64,000 bases of DNA from Octopus vulgaris (GCA_951406725.2 OX597821.1:15934001-15998000); one strand, 5' to 3'. Shown: positions 14,836 to 29,314, numbered from the stretch's first letter. Notes: generated by a model from the letters alone, not told the origin. A program made the numbers and translations.

Positions 14836-14888
<53 letters not shown>
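14327..14888. repeat. Impure (TA)n/TATACA tract directly 3' of LINE A
   Basis: Direct reading. Confidence 0.95.
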
Positions 14889-14890
<2 letters not shown>

Positions 14891-15722
14891 CATCGGCACT
14901 CATGTGTGCGCGTGTTTGTTTGACTTGCATGTGTGCACTCATATTATTGTTGTGATATAATCTAAAATTTACATGTCTGTCTTTATGGATGCGATTATGT
15001 GTTATATCACAATCTTGAGTTCCATCTACTTGAAATTGCTTTTGTTTCAAGCCTAATTTACTCTGCGATAAATATTTTCTCATTACCGTCCAATTTACAA
15101 CAAAGGTCGTCATTCTTTGAACATTAAAACAATTCTGACAAAATTACTCTATCATTAGATATGTTTTATTGTTCTCTGCACAGTTAAAGAAATCAGATTG
15201 AACATCACATATATAAGACACCTACTTATTTGTATGTACACTGATTGAACTACGATTTACTTATTCCAAATTTGTTATGCTTTATCATTTATAAATTATG
15301 ATATATTACAGAATCTGTATATATATATATTACAGAAATCCTACTGATCGAGATTTTCACGTTATATTAAAAAATTACACATTTACTTTTGCATTCAAAT
15401 ATTTTAAATTAAACTCATTATTTTCAATTTTGCATGTGTGTACACTTTTGTCTTTTATTTCTAATTACTATTGAGCATCTCTAATGGCCAATTATTTGGA
15501 GTAAGTGGTTTCATATGTTGCATACGTTTAGACACACAGTATCGCCATGAGTGTGAGAAAATGAAAATATGACAATTGTTTATGCGGTATTTATTTCTAG
15601 TGATTTGGTGCGCCTGAACGAGGACTTTTGAAGATAACCGTGGATGTAATAGGTGGAACACATGCATTTTCGACCTTGTGTTTATCTGACATGGAGTTCG
15701 ACAAATTATATCTTTATATGAC

Positions 15723-15801
15723 GACCTCACTGATGAGCTGCAGATGAATTGTGTACGTAAAATTGCATAATTTATTAACAGTGAAACAAATGTATGGGGT
15801 T
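15723..15801 (+). ncRNA. Type I hammerhead ribozyme with intact catalytic core
   Basis: Stem I GACCUCA/UGGGGUU, CUGAUGA (15730-36), long stem II (GCUG/CAGU plus 12-bp extension), GAAA (15783-86), short stem III, predicted GUA^ cleavage after 15794. Confidence 0.8.
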
Positions 15802-15964
15802 AATCTATATTTTTGTTAGTTTTCATTTGTCTTGCTCGCTTACGTTCATGGTGTGCTAAATTTTCTGGAGAACAATTCTTGGTGGTTGAGACTTATGCGG
15901 ATCTCTTTTTAGCGTAAGGGATTCCACATAGTGGTTCTCTCTCATATTTATGTATAAAATAATA

Positions 15965-16048
<84 letters not shown>

Positions 16049-16081
16049 GAGAGATACATATTTATATACATATACACACAA

Positions 16082-16133
<52 letters not shown>

Positions 16134-16142
16134 CACATGCAA

Positions 16143-16184
<42 letters not shown>

Positions 16185-16900
16185 ATACAAAAATTCATGC
16201 TATATACATACACACATGTATACAAATATGTTTATATAAATATATCTCTGTGATGTACAGAGTTAAAAAAAAATAAGAAATACAAAGAAAGATGATTAAT
16301 GTCAAATGTTCATTGATTAACGATTTTAAAACAAAATTTAAATAAATAGCAAATTATTGATAAATAAATAAAAACAAAAACTTTTGTAGACAGAATAAAA
16401 TAAATTACAAACCGTTCGATTTCCAAACTTCAAAGTAACCAAAATATAATGCTTTAATTGAATTTTCTCAGTGATATTAACAATATCACTTCTGACTAAA
16501 AACAAGGGAGAGCTCAGACCTATTAGATGGTACATGTTTAAACAATAGGTTGCAGTAGTTAATGATTTTGCTAATAGTTACTTATGAAGTTCGAAGTAGA
16601 GTAATAGATAGGTTTATAGGTTATTTCAAGCTATATAGACCTTGCAGTCTTTACCTCGCAATAGTAAACATAATCCGTTCCATGAGATAAGAGTATGTGT
16701 TTTATAATAGCTCATAAACAAAATGTAGAAATAGTCAATTGCAATACATTTTGTAGCCATGGAAACAGTAGTCTGAGATCAAGATCTTATAAAACATACA
16801 TATTTCCTAACATAGGTTAGAGGACTTTCTTTATAAAGGGCGGTTCCAGCCAGTGAAATGTACGCCACAAGATGTCGCTATGTTTACTTTGTTGATATAA

Positions 16901-17107
16901 ATTATTTTCATGTATTTCATATCACACCCTATCCTGTAATTTCTTTCATAGAAGGACGTTTAAGAATCATATGTTAATCCTGACAATGTAAGCCTTAAAA
17001 TGTTTTACTGTATTCCTATAAATAATTCGGAGTATTTATTCCTGTATATTGAATTAAAGTTTGCCCTGTATCGGGATACGGTATGATATGAAATAAATGA
17101 AAATAAT
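16901..17107. repeat. Small fold-back: ~38-bp imperfect inverted repeats with ~130-bp spacer
   Basis: attattttcatgtatttcatatcacaccctatcc vs ggatacggtatgatatgaaataaatgaaaataat. Confidence 0.7.
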
Positions 17108-17735
17108 GTCAGACAAGTCGGTGAACTTTTGAAATGACATATCACCGCAAATTCCACACGGTATAACTTTTAAGAACGAACAAAAATTTCTTCACATATC
17201 TGGACATGCGTTATTGTAATTTAAGACAACTACTGAATATTTTGATGCAGATATGTGACAATGAAAAGAAATAAAACTACACACACATTTATGTATTTAT
17301 ATAGGTTTCAAAAAGGCAATCTTAATATCCAACTAATTATGTGACAAATAGTTCCCGACCGCTATAGTCAGACGAGTCTCCTCAACCAAAGATAGAAGTA
17401 AGAGTGTTTTTTTATGTATCATCCATCCACATGGGTGGGTCTCTGAAGTCGAATACCGCAATATTCGCTTTACTAATGAAATATCCCTGTTAAGTTGGGT
17501 ATAAATATCGCCTTTGGACAATTATACTGCTTCTGTCAGCAATAGTTAATGCTTACCTACATACTCACATGCATTTGTGTGTGCATGTGTGTGTGTGTGT
17601 GTGACTGTATGTATGCATGCTTTTCCTAATTGATCTCTTAGGCACCACTAGTTAAATGCCTGTCTCAGCGTATAATCTTTGAACCTTGCAACATGCCCGG
17701 CCCAGCAGAATTGTACTTTCGATATTCTGCCATCA

Positions 17736-17825
17736 CTTTGTTCTTTTACTTGTTTCATTCATTGGACTGCAACCATGTTCAGACGCACCCTTGAAGGAGT
17801 TAGCCGAATAAATCGATCCCAGTTG
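17736..17825 (-). mobile_element. SINE family 1, 3' tail fragment
   Basis: tcttttacttgtttcattcattggactgcaaccatgttcagacgcacc is a diverged reverse complement of the tail. Confidence 0.6.
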
Positions 17826-18970
17826 TTGTGGTGTCAGTCCGTCTTTGCCTAAGTAAGATGTGATATCTATCAATTGCAAACACAACTGTATATTAGGCAC
17901 AAATTCCGCATACTTATGCGCTGATGTGGAGTAAAAACAGAATGTATACGACCATAAATACTGCCTCATAATTGCATGGTTATGGTCGCAATGTCAAGGT
18001 TCATGTTGGAAGCGTATTCTTCTTTACTTCGAGGTGACACTCGAGGTGCTTAGCAAGATATCACACTCGCACAAACTCGAAAAAAACAAACAAACAAAAA
18101 CACATGATAACATTGACTGCCCGTAAGGTTAAGAGTACAAAATTTTGTGGAGCCCTTAACAAATTACTTTATAAAACAAAGAGTAGATAGTTTCAGTGAT
18201 TGAAAAAGTGAGAGCTCGTTGTTGAAAGCAACGCAGAAGTATAGATCATCATATACTATCTATGACGCAAATATCTTCGCTTCAATGCATGTTATTTCGT
18301 ATAATCATTTGCAAATCATTTATTTTTGCAACCAAACAAGTTTGATATCTGTTTACAAAAATCTAATGCTATCAATGCCAAAGTTCACTTAAACGTATTC
18401 TAAATGCACTACATTTATTTCGGATATTAAATATTTTAGAAATGAAAAAAAAAATCGACGTAATTCAGTTCGTGTTCATTCTTCTACTTTCATGTGAGTA
18501 ATACTGATGAAATAAACTTTGACATTCTCACGCCAAAAAAAAAAAAGAAAAGAAAGAAATGATACTAGATGACTAAATATAACGGTGTGTAGTGAAAACA
18601 GACATTTGTTTATATTAGAGTAAGAATGAGAAAGTCAGACCAAAAGTGATAAAAGGGATTCGGCATGGAACAGGCAGAATTTCTTTCTGCAATCAATTAC
18701 TGCAGCAGCCAAGCTAAATTCAGGTATACATCATGGAACTAACATTTTAGGAAGAGATATTGTGTTGATGTATAAATCATAACAAAAGCAAATTGAATAT
18801 AGCAACAGCATTACACTAGATATTTTATTGGCTGCTGTGAATGCGTGTATACATACATACATACATACATAAATACATACATACACACACATATATATAT
18901 ATATATACACATACATACATACATACATACATACATACATACATACATACATACATACACACACATAAAT

Positions 18971-19774
18971 GTGTACACTTTAACACAATAACACACCCGC
19001 CCAAATATGTGTGTATATACAAACACGTGGAATACGATAGAATAATACAAAGAACGTTTCTTACTAAGCCAGTTAGAAAGGGGGAATGCTTAATTTAGCC
19101 TGATGCCATATGGGAACATAGGAAAACGTTCTGGCTGACTACACTAGAGAAATCAATAAATGGGACGATCATACTGCAAACTATATTTCAAGTGAAATTG
19201 TTAGAAAGCTTATTCATCCCCTATAATACGATTATCCACATATCTGAGTAGAAACAAGAAGTAGAAAAATTACAAGAAAATATAGTCTATAAGGACTTGT
19301 TTTGTTTTTCAGAATGTGTGAAATTTGAGAGAGAATAAAATGAGAATTTCGAAAACAATTCTAATAATTCATTTAATTAGCATATCCTTTTAATATCTAT
19401 ACTAATATCTATACGCATTTGATGTATAAAAATATGGACATATGTATTAATTCCTATAAGGAGTTAATTGTGAAAAATAATATCTCATAAATAGTCACTG
19501 TATCTGCTGACCATTTTATATATTCATATGATAATTGTCAGAACTATTATCATCTTATTTATTGAATACGTTTATATTAAATACTACTGTACCAGACACA
19601 TCATTGTATTGATCATGTGTCTATTTGATAAAGTATTTAGAACTATTGAATACAACTCAATTACGCTAAATTTATACTGGGGCCTTCCCTAGATAACCAT
19701 TATTCTATCCTATTCTACGTGATTATATATACACACATATTTGGGCGGGTGTGGCATTGCGGTTAAGTGTACAC
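18971..19774. mobile_element. Non-autonomous TIR/fold-back element (~800 bp, ~75-bp imperfect terminal inverted repeats)
   Basis: 18971-19043 gtgtacacttta...cacacccgcccaaatatgtgtgtatata...gatagaata matches the reverse complement of 19701-19774. Confidence 0.75.
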
Positions 19775-20166
19775 ACACAACTAGATAACTCCTATAATGA
19801 ACACAGACACATACACACACATATGCACGTACACATTCACGTCTTCTCAATATACACTCGAGTATGTCTATGGGTGTATGTGTATGTGTGTGTGGGTAAG
19901 TGTGTATGTGTGTGCGTGCGTATGAGTGTGTATGCCTGTATGTGTCTGTGTCTGTATGTGTGTGTGCATGTGTATGTGTGTGCGTGTGCTTTTGTGTGTG
20001 AGAAGTCCCCAATGGGTGACTAATCATTGAAATAGATATGTAGTTATAGATTAGACTGAACTATTCATTGTTATCTGATTAACTCAAAATACCATCGCTA
20101 TGTTTCGCATCTCCGGTTTTCAGCAACATCGGACGCTTCCAGTTGCTTCTTACATACACATACAAC

Positions 20167-20201
<35 letters not shown>

Positions 20202-21388
20202 CGTACGTGCGTGCGTTTATGTATATATGATTCGGTAAAATGGCATTAGAAATGGAAGTACTAATTTTCAGTTTGTTCGCATTATCCCGGTCCACATATA
20301 TTTCGCCGTTTTAAAGTGAGCTATCAACACAGAGCTGTGTAGATAATACTTCTTAGCTTACAAGTAGGTGAAATGTTTTTTGCTAGTTGGAAAAATAGTT
20401 AGAAAATATTTTGACAAAAAGTACCCCATGAAATCAAGAAGTGAATATGCCACAGGTACTGGATATCTTGCTTAGAGAAAGCACAGCAGAAAAACTTAGT
20501 ATTTTTTTGCGCTATGCACAGTAGTAAATAATAATTGATATAAGGCTATATTTTAAAAAGTGTAAAGCTTATCATATGATATTGTAAGATAAGAAATACG
20601 CATAATGTTTCCTGACTCTCCAACTTGTAACTGCAAGAACAGATCTGTGAGTGAAGGTATAGGTTAGCAATCATAGTTAGGAACTGCATAATGCATACAC
20701 CTGCCGACACATCATACACACTCACGCAAACACATATACAGAAACATACATACACACACACAGGTACATATATATGTATATATATAAAGAGAGAGATGAT
20801 AGATAGATAGATAAATGATATCATTTATATCAATTAATGGCTTTCGACCTGTCTGCTGCTGGCGCTCATAATATTTACGGTTTTTACCATGAGTACCTGA
20901 GAGAAAGGTACCACGTGTTTCTCTTACGACATTAAAAGGCAAATGTACGCCTAGTGCACACTTCATAAACTCTATGACACTGTTTTAAAGTCAACACTTT
21001 TCAATACACCTTCACCTCTAAGTGGTTACTGAGCATTGATTAAAAGACTTATTTGACAAAATGAGGAGTCAATCAAGGAAAGTGGACGAACATATTTTTA
21101 ATAAGAGATGGAATGTTAAGTAGTAAGAAAGAGCATTGGTTTAGGTAGATACAACATTAGCGTACCAATTATGCCTAATGCTACAAAGAGTTTACTTCAA
21201 TTTTTTACCTTTCTTTTTAGTCTACAATTAAAAGAAATTAGATACACATTTTACATCCCTCATTGGCCTCAAAATTCATGCTGATGTATGCTTTCTCTTT
21301 TTAGGAATACTATTGTTTCAGGGCGTAATTATACAATCAACCAACCATTTTTAATGCGCTATGTTGGTCAGTAGCATAAAATATGAAA

Positions 21389-21438
<50 letters not shown>

Positions 21439-21458
21439 TCATTTATACACACATATTT

Positions 21459-21511
<53 letters not shown>

Positions 21512-23285
21512 CACTTATATATATATAAGTCTTTCAGACTTACAGGCAGCTAATAATCTAAGAAAGTGAACTATTCATAGATTAGGAGTAGAGAAGTATT
21601 AATCCAACTTTCCGGCTATCTTTAAAACAGGGATTACTTGTTGATTAGATAAATCCGTTGTAAAATGAATTAAACTTACCAGATGTGTAATTATTTGACA
21701 ATCTGGCTTTCTAAAACTGTAGTGAAACAGTTTCCAGTGAGTCGTAAATACAAAACTTCAAATCCGATTGCAGTAGAAATAAATTTCAAGAGAATTTGCT
21801 GAATATTTGCTAACAACAACGGAATACTATGATTAAGATCTGAGCAGCAGTAGGGAAACTTTCGTCGCAATTAAAGCAGTTTTGAACTCATTTTTATCAT
21901 GAGTAAAACCCATTTTCACATTCTCATTCACCTAAACGTTTATTTGGTAACCCCATATCATACACAAATGATTTAGACATGTAATTATTAAAACTACACT
22001 TATAGCTAGAGAAAAGACATCAAATTGAACCAAAAGTTGGACCTCTTGTCTGCTGTATTAACAAATCCTTGTACGAAATATTTTGGTTTTCTCAAGCTAC
22101 TACTTCAAACCTTCCTTGGACATGGCGAAACCTTCACTGACTTCATTGACAGAGTGAATGATTTCAACCTATTCATATTTAGAAAAATATATAACTACCC
22201 TTTTTAGCTTAGGTGTTGTTTCTCTATACGCCTCAGTTACAGAAACATCAGCGGTCAGCTAACTAACTCTTTGCCCGCTTTTCTAAAGTTAACTGCTTTG
22301 GTCGCACTCCCACCCCAGCTATACATCTATAATGGAAAACATTGATAAACAGCTCTCTAGACTAACGATGAAGTCAAGCGTATCAGGCCTATTAGCCATC
22401 ACATCGCCATGCATTATAGATTTTATAACTGGAAGGTGTGTTGGCTTTAAAAAAAGTATGTTTTTTGTTTGTGTGTTTGTGTGCGTTTGCGCTTCAAGCA
22501 TTATACAGTATTGCTTATAACAATTCGATAACGATGCACAAATTCTTGAGATCATAAATATATATATTTAATATTATTTTCTTTAACCGAAGTCAAATCG
22601 TATTGCAATTTGTAAAACCTATGGCTTGGAAACAAATTTAGCTGACACAATTATAATTATAATTGCACAAAATTTCGTAACATTTTTTTATTACCTCATT
22701 TCTGAAACACAAACATGGACGATCCGTATTTCTATTCCCTATTTTGCAGCAACATATATATTCTGTTTTGTTTTCGGTATACTGAGTACACGTACACTCA
22801 AGAAATATCCAAACAAACATTAAATAATCTGTATTTGATCCTCTAAAGTTTTCTTCAGATCTTATACTCACGGATATAGGTTTCTTCCTTGAAAACAACT
22901 TCAGTCCATATGATATTTAGTATTAGGATAGACATCAGGTTGATTTCCAGAAATCGGAGTACCGATTCGAAAGACTTGTTAATGTTGCAGTTAAAACCTT
23001 CATGCTATTTTTCTTTCAATTGTTAAAGACATTGCACTACACCCATATTAGGGCAGTACTTTGGAGAGTTTTAACCACATAAATCGACCGATAGTTTACG
23101 AGGACGTAAACGAATCCACACAACTTCTCTAGCGGTGTGGGTAGAAACACAACGACACGCATATACGCACAGATATACCTACACACACAATTCTGCTTTT
23201 TGGATAATTAAGTTTTCCTCGAGATTATGTAAGTTCAACATGTGTGAGTGTGTTTGATAATACACACACCCACGTACACATAAAT

Positions 23286-23345
<60 letters not shown>

Positions 23346-23384
23346 ATGTATATAATGTATGTATATCTGTATATATATATACGA

Positions 23385-23535
23385 GGAGTTCCTACTCATT
23401 TTCGTTGTATACAATTAACTCACAAGGAATTGGTCGGCCCGTAGGATATTAGAAGACAACCAATATGACGTCTAGTGGGCTGAATCCAGAATCCCGTGGC
23501 AGCAAAGCAAGCTTCTTGAAGTCAGAGCCATGCCT
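23385..23535 (-). mobile_element. Old SINE family 1 head fragment
   Basis: ctcacaaggaattggtcggcccgtagg...agaagac...agtgggctgaatccagaatcc. Confidence 0.5.
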
Positions 23536-24613
23536 GAACCATATCAAATACCATGGCACATATCAAAATAAAGAATTTACCTCATTTGACAAACAGGTAC
23601 GCAGTCTGTCTTTCGCCCTCTCTCTCTTTTTCCTTTTAGCTGCCCTCTCCCTGAGATGATTTTGATGCTGTACCCAGTATTTCAAATAAATTATTTTATC
23701 AATGCCAAATTGAAGATTCAAAGATATACATTATTTTAAGCATAAACAAGGCAGAATAATATATTTCGTTTATAACATGTTTATCCAGAGGAAAATATAC
23801 GAAAATAATCGGAACCGCACCACCCATATCATTTCATGTACATTAATCACGTACATTATGGTTATGGTTTGATCGTGTTTTGGCAATTATAGGAGTTATC
23901 TAGTTGTATAAATCTAATTATATTTCTCATTCAGCAACACACACTTAGGCGCACAAGGTAAAAGAAAGCGTCGCCATAATATAACTAGTTAATTCTTAAT
24001 TTCCTTGACTTGAAAAAAGCAATTTCCTTCGCATCTATAAGTATCTAAACATGATTGTTTCGTAGAGTTAAGATGATTATTTAATACGAATGCCTGGTTG
24101 ATTATAATATTAAAAATACACCAAAACTCCCATTTAACGAATTGTTACTTTAAATAAATGCTGTTGTAGTTTCCTATGCAGTCTTATTTCCTATTCATAC
24201 TCAGTGTATGTAGTGTATCCTTGGGTGTATTATGCTTATGTTTGTGTTACTTTGATTTGTTTGTGAAACAGTGAATAAAGGTATGTCTATTTGTTGTTGA
24301 ATATATAAGTATATGTAAGTATGTGCGTGTATGATTCTCTTTGCTTTTCTTTTTGTCTCGATCTTTGGACAGGCGCCCTGTTGAAGGGTAATATTCAAGG
24401 TGATTCAGTCCATTGCATGCAACCGAATAATTTGTCTCGTAGTTATTTCATTATTAACTAAAGGTATGAATTGGAACATGAATATTGGTGTAAAAATGCA
24501 GTTGGCACTAAATAGCGATGGGCAATTCTGATCGAACTACCACTTTACACTTCTAGCTCATGCTCAGACAAACACATATACACACACATATTTGACAGTC
24601 GTGTAATCGGGCG

Positions 24614-24635
<22 letters not shown>

Positions 24636-24705
<70 letters not shown>

Positions 24706-25174
24706 TATACATATATATATACATATATATTTATACATATATACATATATATATACATATATATTTATACATATATACATATATATATACATATATATTT
24801 ATACATATATACATATATATATACATATATATTTATACATATATACATATATATTTATACATATATACATATATATATTTATACATATATATTTATACAT
24901 ATATATATACATATATATTTATACATATATACATACATATATATTTATACATATATATATATATATACATATATATATTTATACATATATATTTATACAT
25001 ATATACATATATATATTTATACATATATATTTATACATATATACATATATATATTTATACATACATATGTACACATATATACATATATATATTTATACAT
25101 ATATATTTATACATATATACATATATATATATATACATATATACATATATATATTTATATATATACATATATAC

Positions 25175-25205
<31 letters not shown>

Positions 25206-25214
25206 CATATATAC

Positions 25215-25277
<63 letters not shown>

Positions 25278-25603
25278 CATATATATATATACACATATAT
25301 ATATATACATATATATATTTATATATATACATATATACATATATATATTTATACATATATACATATATATATTTATACATATATACATAATATATTTATA
25401 CATATATATATATATACATATATATATTTATATATATATACATATATACATATATATATTTATACATATATACATATATATATACATATATACATATATA
25501 TATTTATACATATATATATATACATATACATATATATATATACATATATATATATACATATATACATATATATATTTATACATATATATTTATACATATA
25601 TAC

Positions 25604-25634
<31 letters not shown>

Positions 25635-25635
25635 C

Positions 25636-25666
<31 letters not shown>

Positions 25667-25912
25667 CATATATATACATATATATATATATACATATATA
25701 TATTTATACATATATATTTATACATATATACATATATATATATACATATATATATATATACATATATATACATATTTATTTATACATATACATATACATA
25801 TATATACATATATATACATATATATACATATATATACATATATATACACATACATATATATATATACACATACATATATATATATACACATACATATATA
25901 TATACACATACA

Positions 25913-25948
<36 letters not shown>

Positions 25949-26164
25949 CAAACATACATATATATATACACATACATACATATATATATACACATACATA
26001 CATATATATATATACACATACATACATATATATATACACATACATATATATATACACATACGTATATATATACACATACATATATATATATACATACATA
26101 TATATATATACATATATATATACATACATATATATATACACATACATATATACACATACATATA
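24636..26164. repeat. ~1.5 kb impure (TA)n tract with TTTATACA and TACACATACA variant blocks
   Basis: Direct reading; lies on the 3' side of LINE B, across the gap. Confidence 0.97.
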
Positions 26165-26264
26165 NNNNNNNNNNNNNNNNNNNNNNNNNNNNNNNNNNNN
26201 NNNNNNNNNNNNNNNNNNNNNNNNNNNNNNNNNNNNNNNNNNNNNNNNNNNNNNNNNNNNNNNN
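26165..26264. other. Assembly gap (100 N)
   Basis: N run; hides the 3' end of LINE B. Confidence 1.
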
Positions 26265-28461
26265 TTGTATATGGCATCCAGATCTTGTTGTAAAAGGTCA
26301 GCATCAGCTGGGTTTTTGATTGCCTGTGCTACCTTTGTGTCATCAGCATAGCTAGTGAGGGATGTTGTTTGTGCTACCAAGGGCATGTCAGAGAGCGCCA
26401 CCAAAAACAGCAAGGGTCCCAAGACTGTGCCCTGTGGCACCCCGCTTGCTATTGGTGTCTTTCCCGAGAGGGCTCCATTGGCTGCAACCATCTGGCTTCT
26501 GTCCTTCAGGAAGTCATGTATCCACTCACCTACTTTTCCTGTTATGCCGAGTCTGAGTAATTTGTGACATATCACTCCGTGGTCGACTTTGTCAAAGGCC
26601 TTCGCAAAGTCGAGATATACCACATCCACCTGTGAGCGATCCAGTAGTTGTTTCAGTACCCAGTCGTAGTGTTGTAACAGCTGCGTAAGGCAGCTTCTTC
26701 CTGGGCGAAAGCCATGCTGTGTGTCAGTGAGACGGTTAGTTTCTTCGAGGAACGTGATCAGTTTTTTTCTGATGATTCGTTCCATGACCTTACTTATGTG
26801 TGACGTCAGGGAGACTGGCCTGTAGTTTTTGGCCTCTGCTCTACTCCCTCCTTTGTGGATAGGGCATATGGTGCCTTCTTTTAGCGCCCTGGGCAGTTTA
26901 CCGTTAGCCAAGGAACCACTGAAGAGCTTCTTCAGTGGTCCCGCTAGGGCATGCCTGCATGTTTTTAGGAGGACTGCTGGGAATCCATCTGGTCCAGCAG
27001 CTGAGTTTATTCTCATTTCTTCTATGGCAGATATTACATCCCTCTCTGTTATGTCTATGTGGTCGATGGTTGTTGTTTGGTTTTGGAGTGTTGTGGCATC
27101 AAAGAAAACTTCTGGGTTTGTGATTTGCATGTGCCCCAGAGGGGATGTGAACACACTTTTATACTGTTCCTTTAGTATTTCACTTATCCCTTGGGGGTCC
27201 TCAGTTAGAGAGCCCTTTTTATCAAAGAGTGGGCCAATCTTGCAGTGTACCGAGGTGGTTTCTTTCGCAAATTTAAAGAAGGCTTTAGGGTTTGTTTTAA
27301 TATTCTCTATGGCCCTGGCTTCTCTCTCTGCCCTCTCCTTCTCATAGGAAAGTTTGAGTGCAGTTTCCGTTTCAAAAAGTTTCAGGTGGAGTCCCTCATT
27401 GTTTCTCTGCCGTGCATTCAGTTGCTTCGAGAGCTTAGCTCTTCGCCTCATAAGTATTTTCCTGTCTCTGGGAATAACGTTCCTATGCCCGCTGGCTTTT
27501 TCTCCGGGACAAACTTATGGCATATGTTCTGTATTGTTGTCATGAAATGTTGGAAATGTGTGTTGGTGTCTTGTGTGGTGATGAAGTCACTCCAGTCATG
27601 TTTTCGGATCTCTTCGTTGATCTTCTTCCAGTTTGCCTTATGGAAGTTTAGACTGGATAGGCCTGTGGTATTTTCTAATGGCTGCGTCTCAACTAACTCT
27701 CTCATACCATATATCATTACCTCTACTAAGTTGTGATCTGAGAGAATTGTTGGTGTTACCATTATGTTGTGGATGAGCATCGGGTTGCTTGTGAAACAGA
27801 GGTCCAAGACATTCTCACCTCTTGTTGGCCAAAGCACTGCTTGCTCCATGAAAAACTTGCGTGTGAGAGCCAACAAGGACTCTGTCTGTCTCTGTTCAAG
27901 TGATGTCATTCCAGGGAGGAGATGGCCATCTGGCCATTTGACTTTCGGAAGGTTAAAATCTCCCAGCAGTAGAATGGTGTTACCCTGGTCCAGTTTGTCC
28001 AGGACTTCTTCTATTCTTCTGAGGCTATCTTCAAACACTCCTTCATGACTAGGGGTGTCTGGTGGCCGATATGTGACACATATTACTATTTTCGGTTGTT
28101 TCATGTGTACTATCAGTGTGTCACAGACTGAGTTTGAGTGTGTCAACAGTACTATGGGTGTGACATCTTCACGGACGTACAGGGCAACCCCACCATGAGT
28201 TCTTTCCTTCCTGTCCGACCGAAAAACAGTATACTTCGGTATGTGTATTTCTGCATCTGCTATACTGCTTGACAGGTGCGTTTCAGTCAGCGCTATGCAT
28301 ATTGCATGGTTGCTTGTGCTCAAGTCCCTAAGGTAAGGAATTTTACCCATATTAGTGGGTTTCACCAGACCTCTGACATTCAGCAGAAGCACTGGTGAGA
28401 CACCCGGGGTGTCAATAAAGGCTGACGGTGTGGCACCTGGGCCGGCGTCAGCGGTGGCCAC
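26265..28461 (-). pseudogene. LINE B ORF2 (APE + RT), one frameshift near 27450
   Basis: LLNVRGL, ALTETHL, GDFN, LSDHN; NYRPVSLTS, YLDFAKAFD, GVPQGTVLGP, SYADD. Confidence 0.95.
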
Positions 28462-29314
28462 CCTGGGTCCCTTGATTGTGGTGGTCTTGAGTGCTGTTGT
28501 GAGTGCCCCTGGCTCTGAAGACGATGTATCCAGGCCAGTTGTCCCACAATTTTCTCTGCCATTTCCACAAAATTTCTTTGTTCTGCTGCCGCCGTCTGCA
28601 TTTCCTCTGCAAATGTGCGCCTTCTCCTTGTTGGGGCATTACGCACTATGTCTGCATATTTCTGGGGCAGCTTGTATTTGTTCTGGTTTTGGTTAAGGCA
28701 TTTTGGTCGAGTGGGTTTGATGCAATTTCCATAGGGCCTGGGATGAGCGAACCTGCATCCTTCCCCTGTTTCTCCATGCCAGCAGGTTCCATTCCGGAAG
28801 AATTTGCATGTTATCTGGGTTTTCTTGTCCCCAGTTCCTCTCTGTTTTTCTTCCTCCGTTGGACGGTTGTCCACTGGTTCCTTTCTGCATAGGTCTTTTC
28901 ATCCGGGTGGTTATTTTCTGTTTCCCCATCGCCGCCTATCTGTTGTTTGCCCTGCTTGCCTTCTTCGACTGTGGCAGTGGGCGTGTCATTTTTTGACACT
29001 CTGTGGTTGGTGTTTCCTGTTTCCATCTCTCTCTCTTTGTCTTTGTCCACCTTGAGGACTTGGCTTAGCAAAGCCATGTGTGGTGCAATGAGAGTGTAGG
29101 CCCTTTCGACTTCTCTTTTCTTCCTCTCTACTTGCGCCAACGTCCTCATAAAGCCATGGCTTTTCAGGGTCGCCGCTATGTTTTTAGTTGGTTGCGATCT
29201 GTCGGCCGAGCTCCATCCTCTGATGAAAACTTCCAGCTCTACTTTCGTCCAGTTACGCTGGCTTTTGTTGACGCCAGTGTTTGCATTCACCTCTAATTTT
29301 TGCATGTTGTCCAT
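28380..29314 (-). pseudogene. LINE B ORF1: Myb/SANT-like (trihelix) domain + CCCH zinc finger, split by a frameshift near 28815
   Basis: QRNWTKVELEVFIRGW...NIAATLKSHGFMRTLAQVERKKREVERAY; CKFFRNGTCWHGETGEGCRFAH. Confidence 0.8.

Noticed and set aside
17470-17512. CUAAUGA-AUAUCC/GGGUAU-AAA hammerhead-like motif, and a similar weak one at 20098-20145 (-)
   Set aside because: Two or more core defects and no stem I
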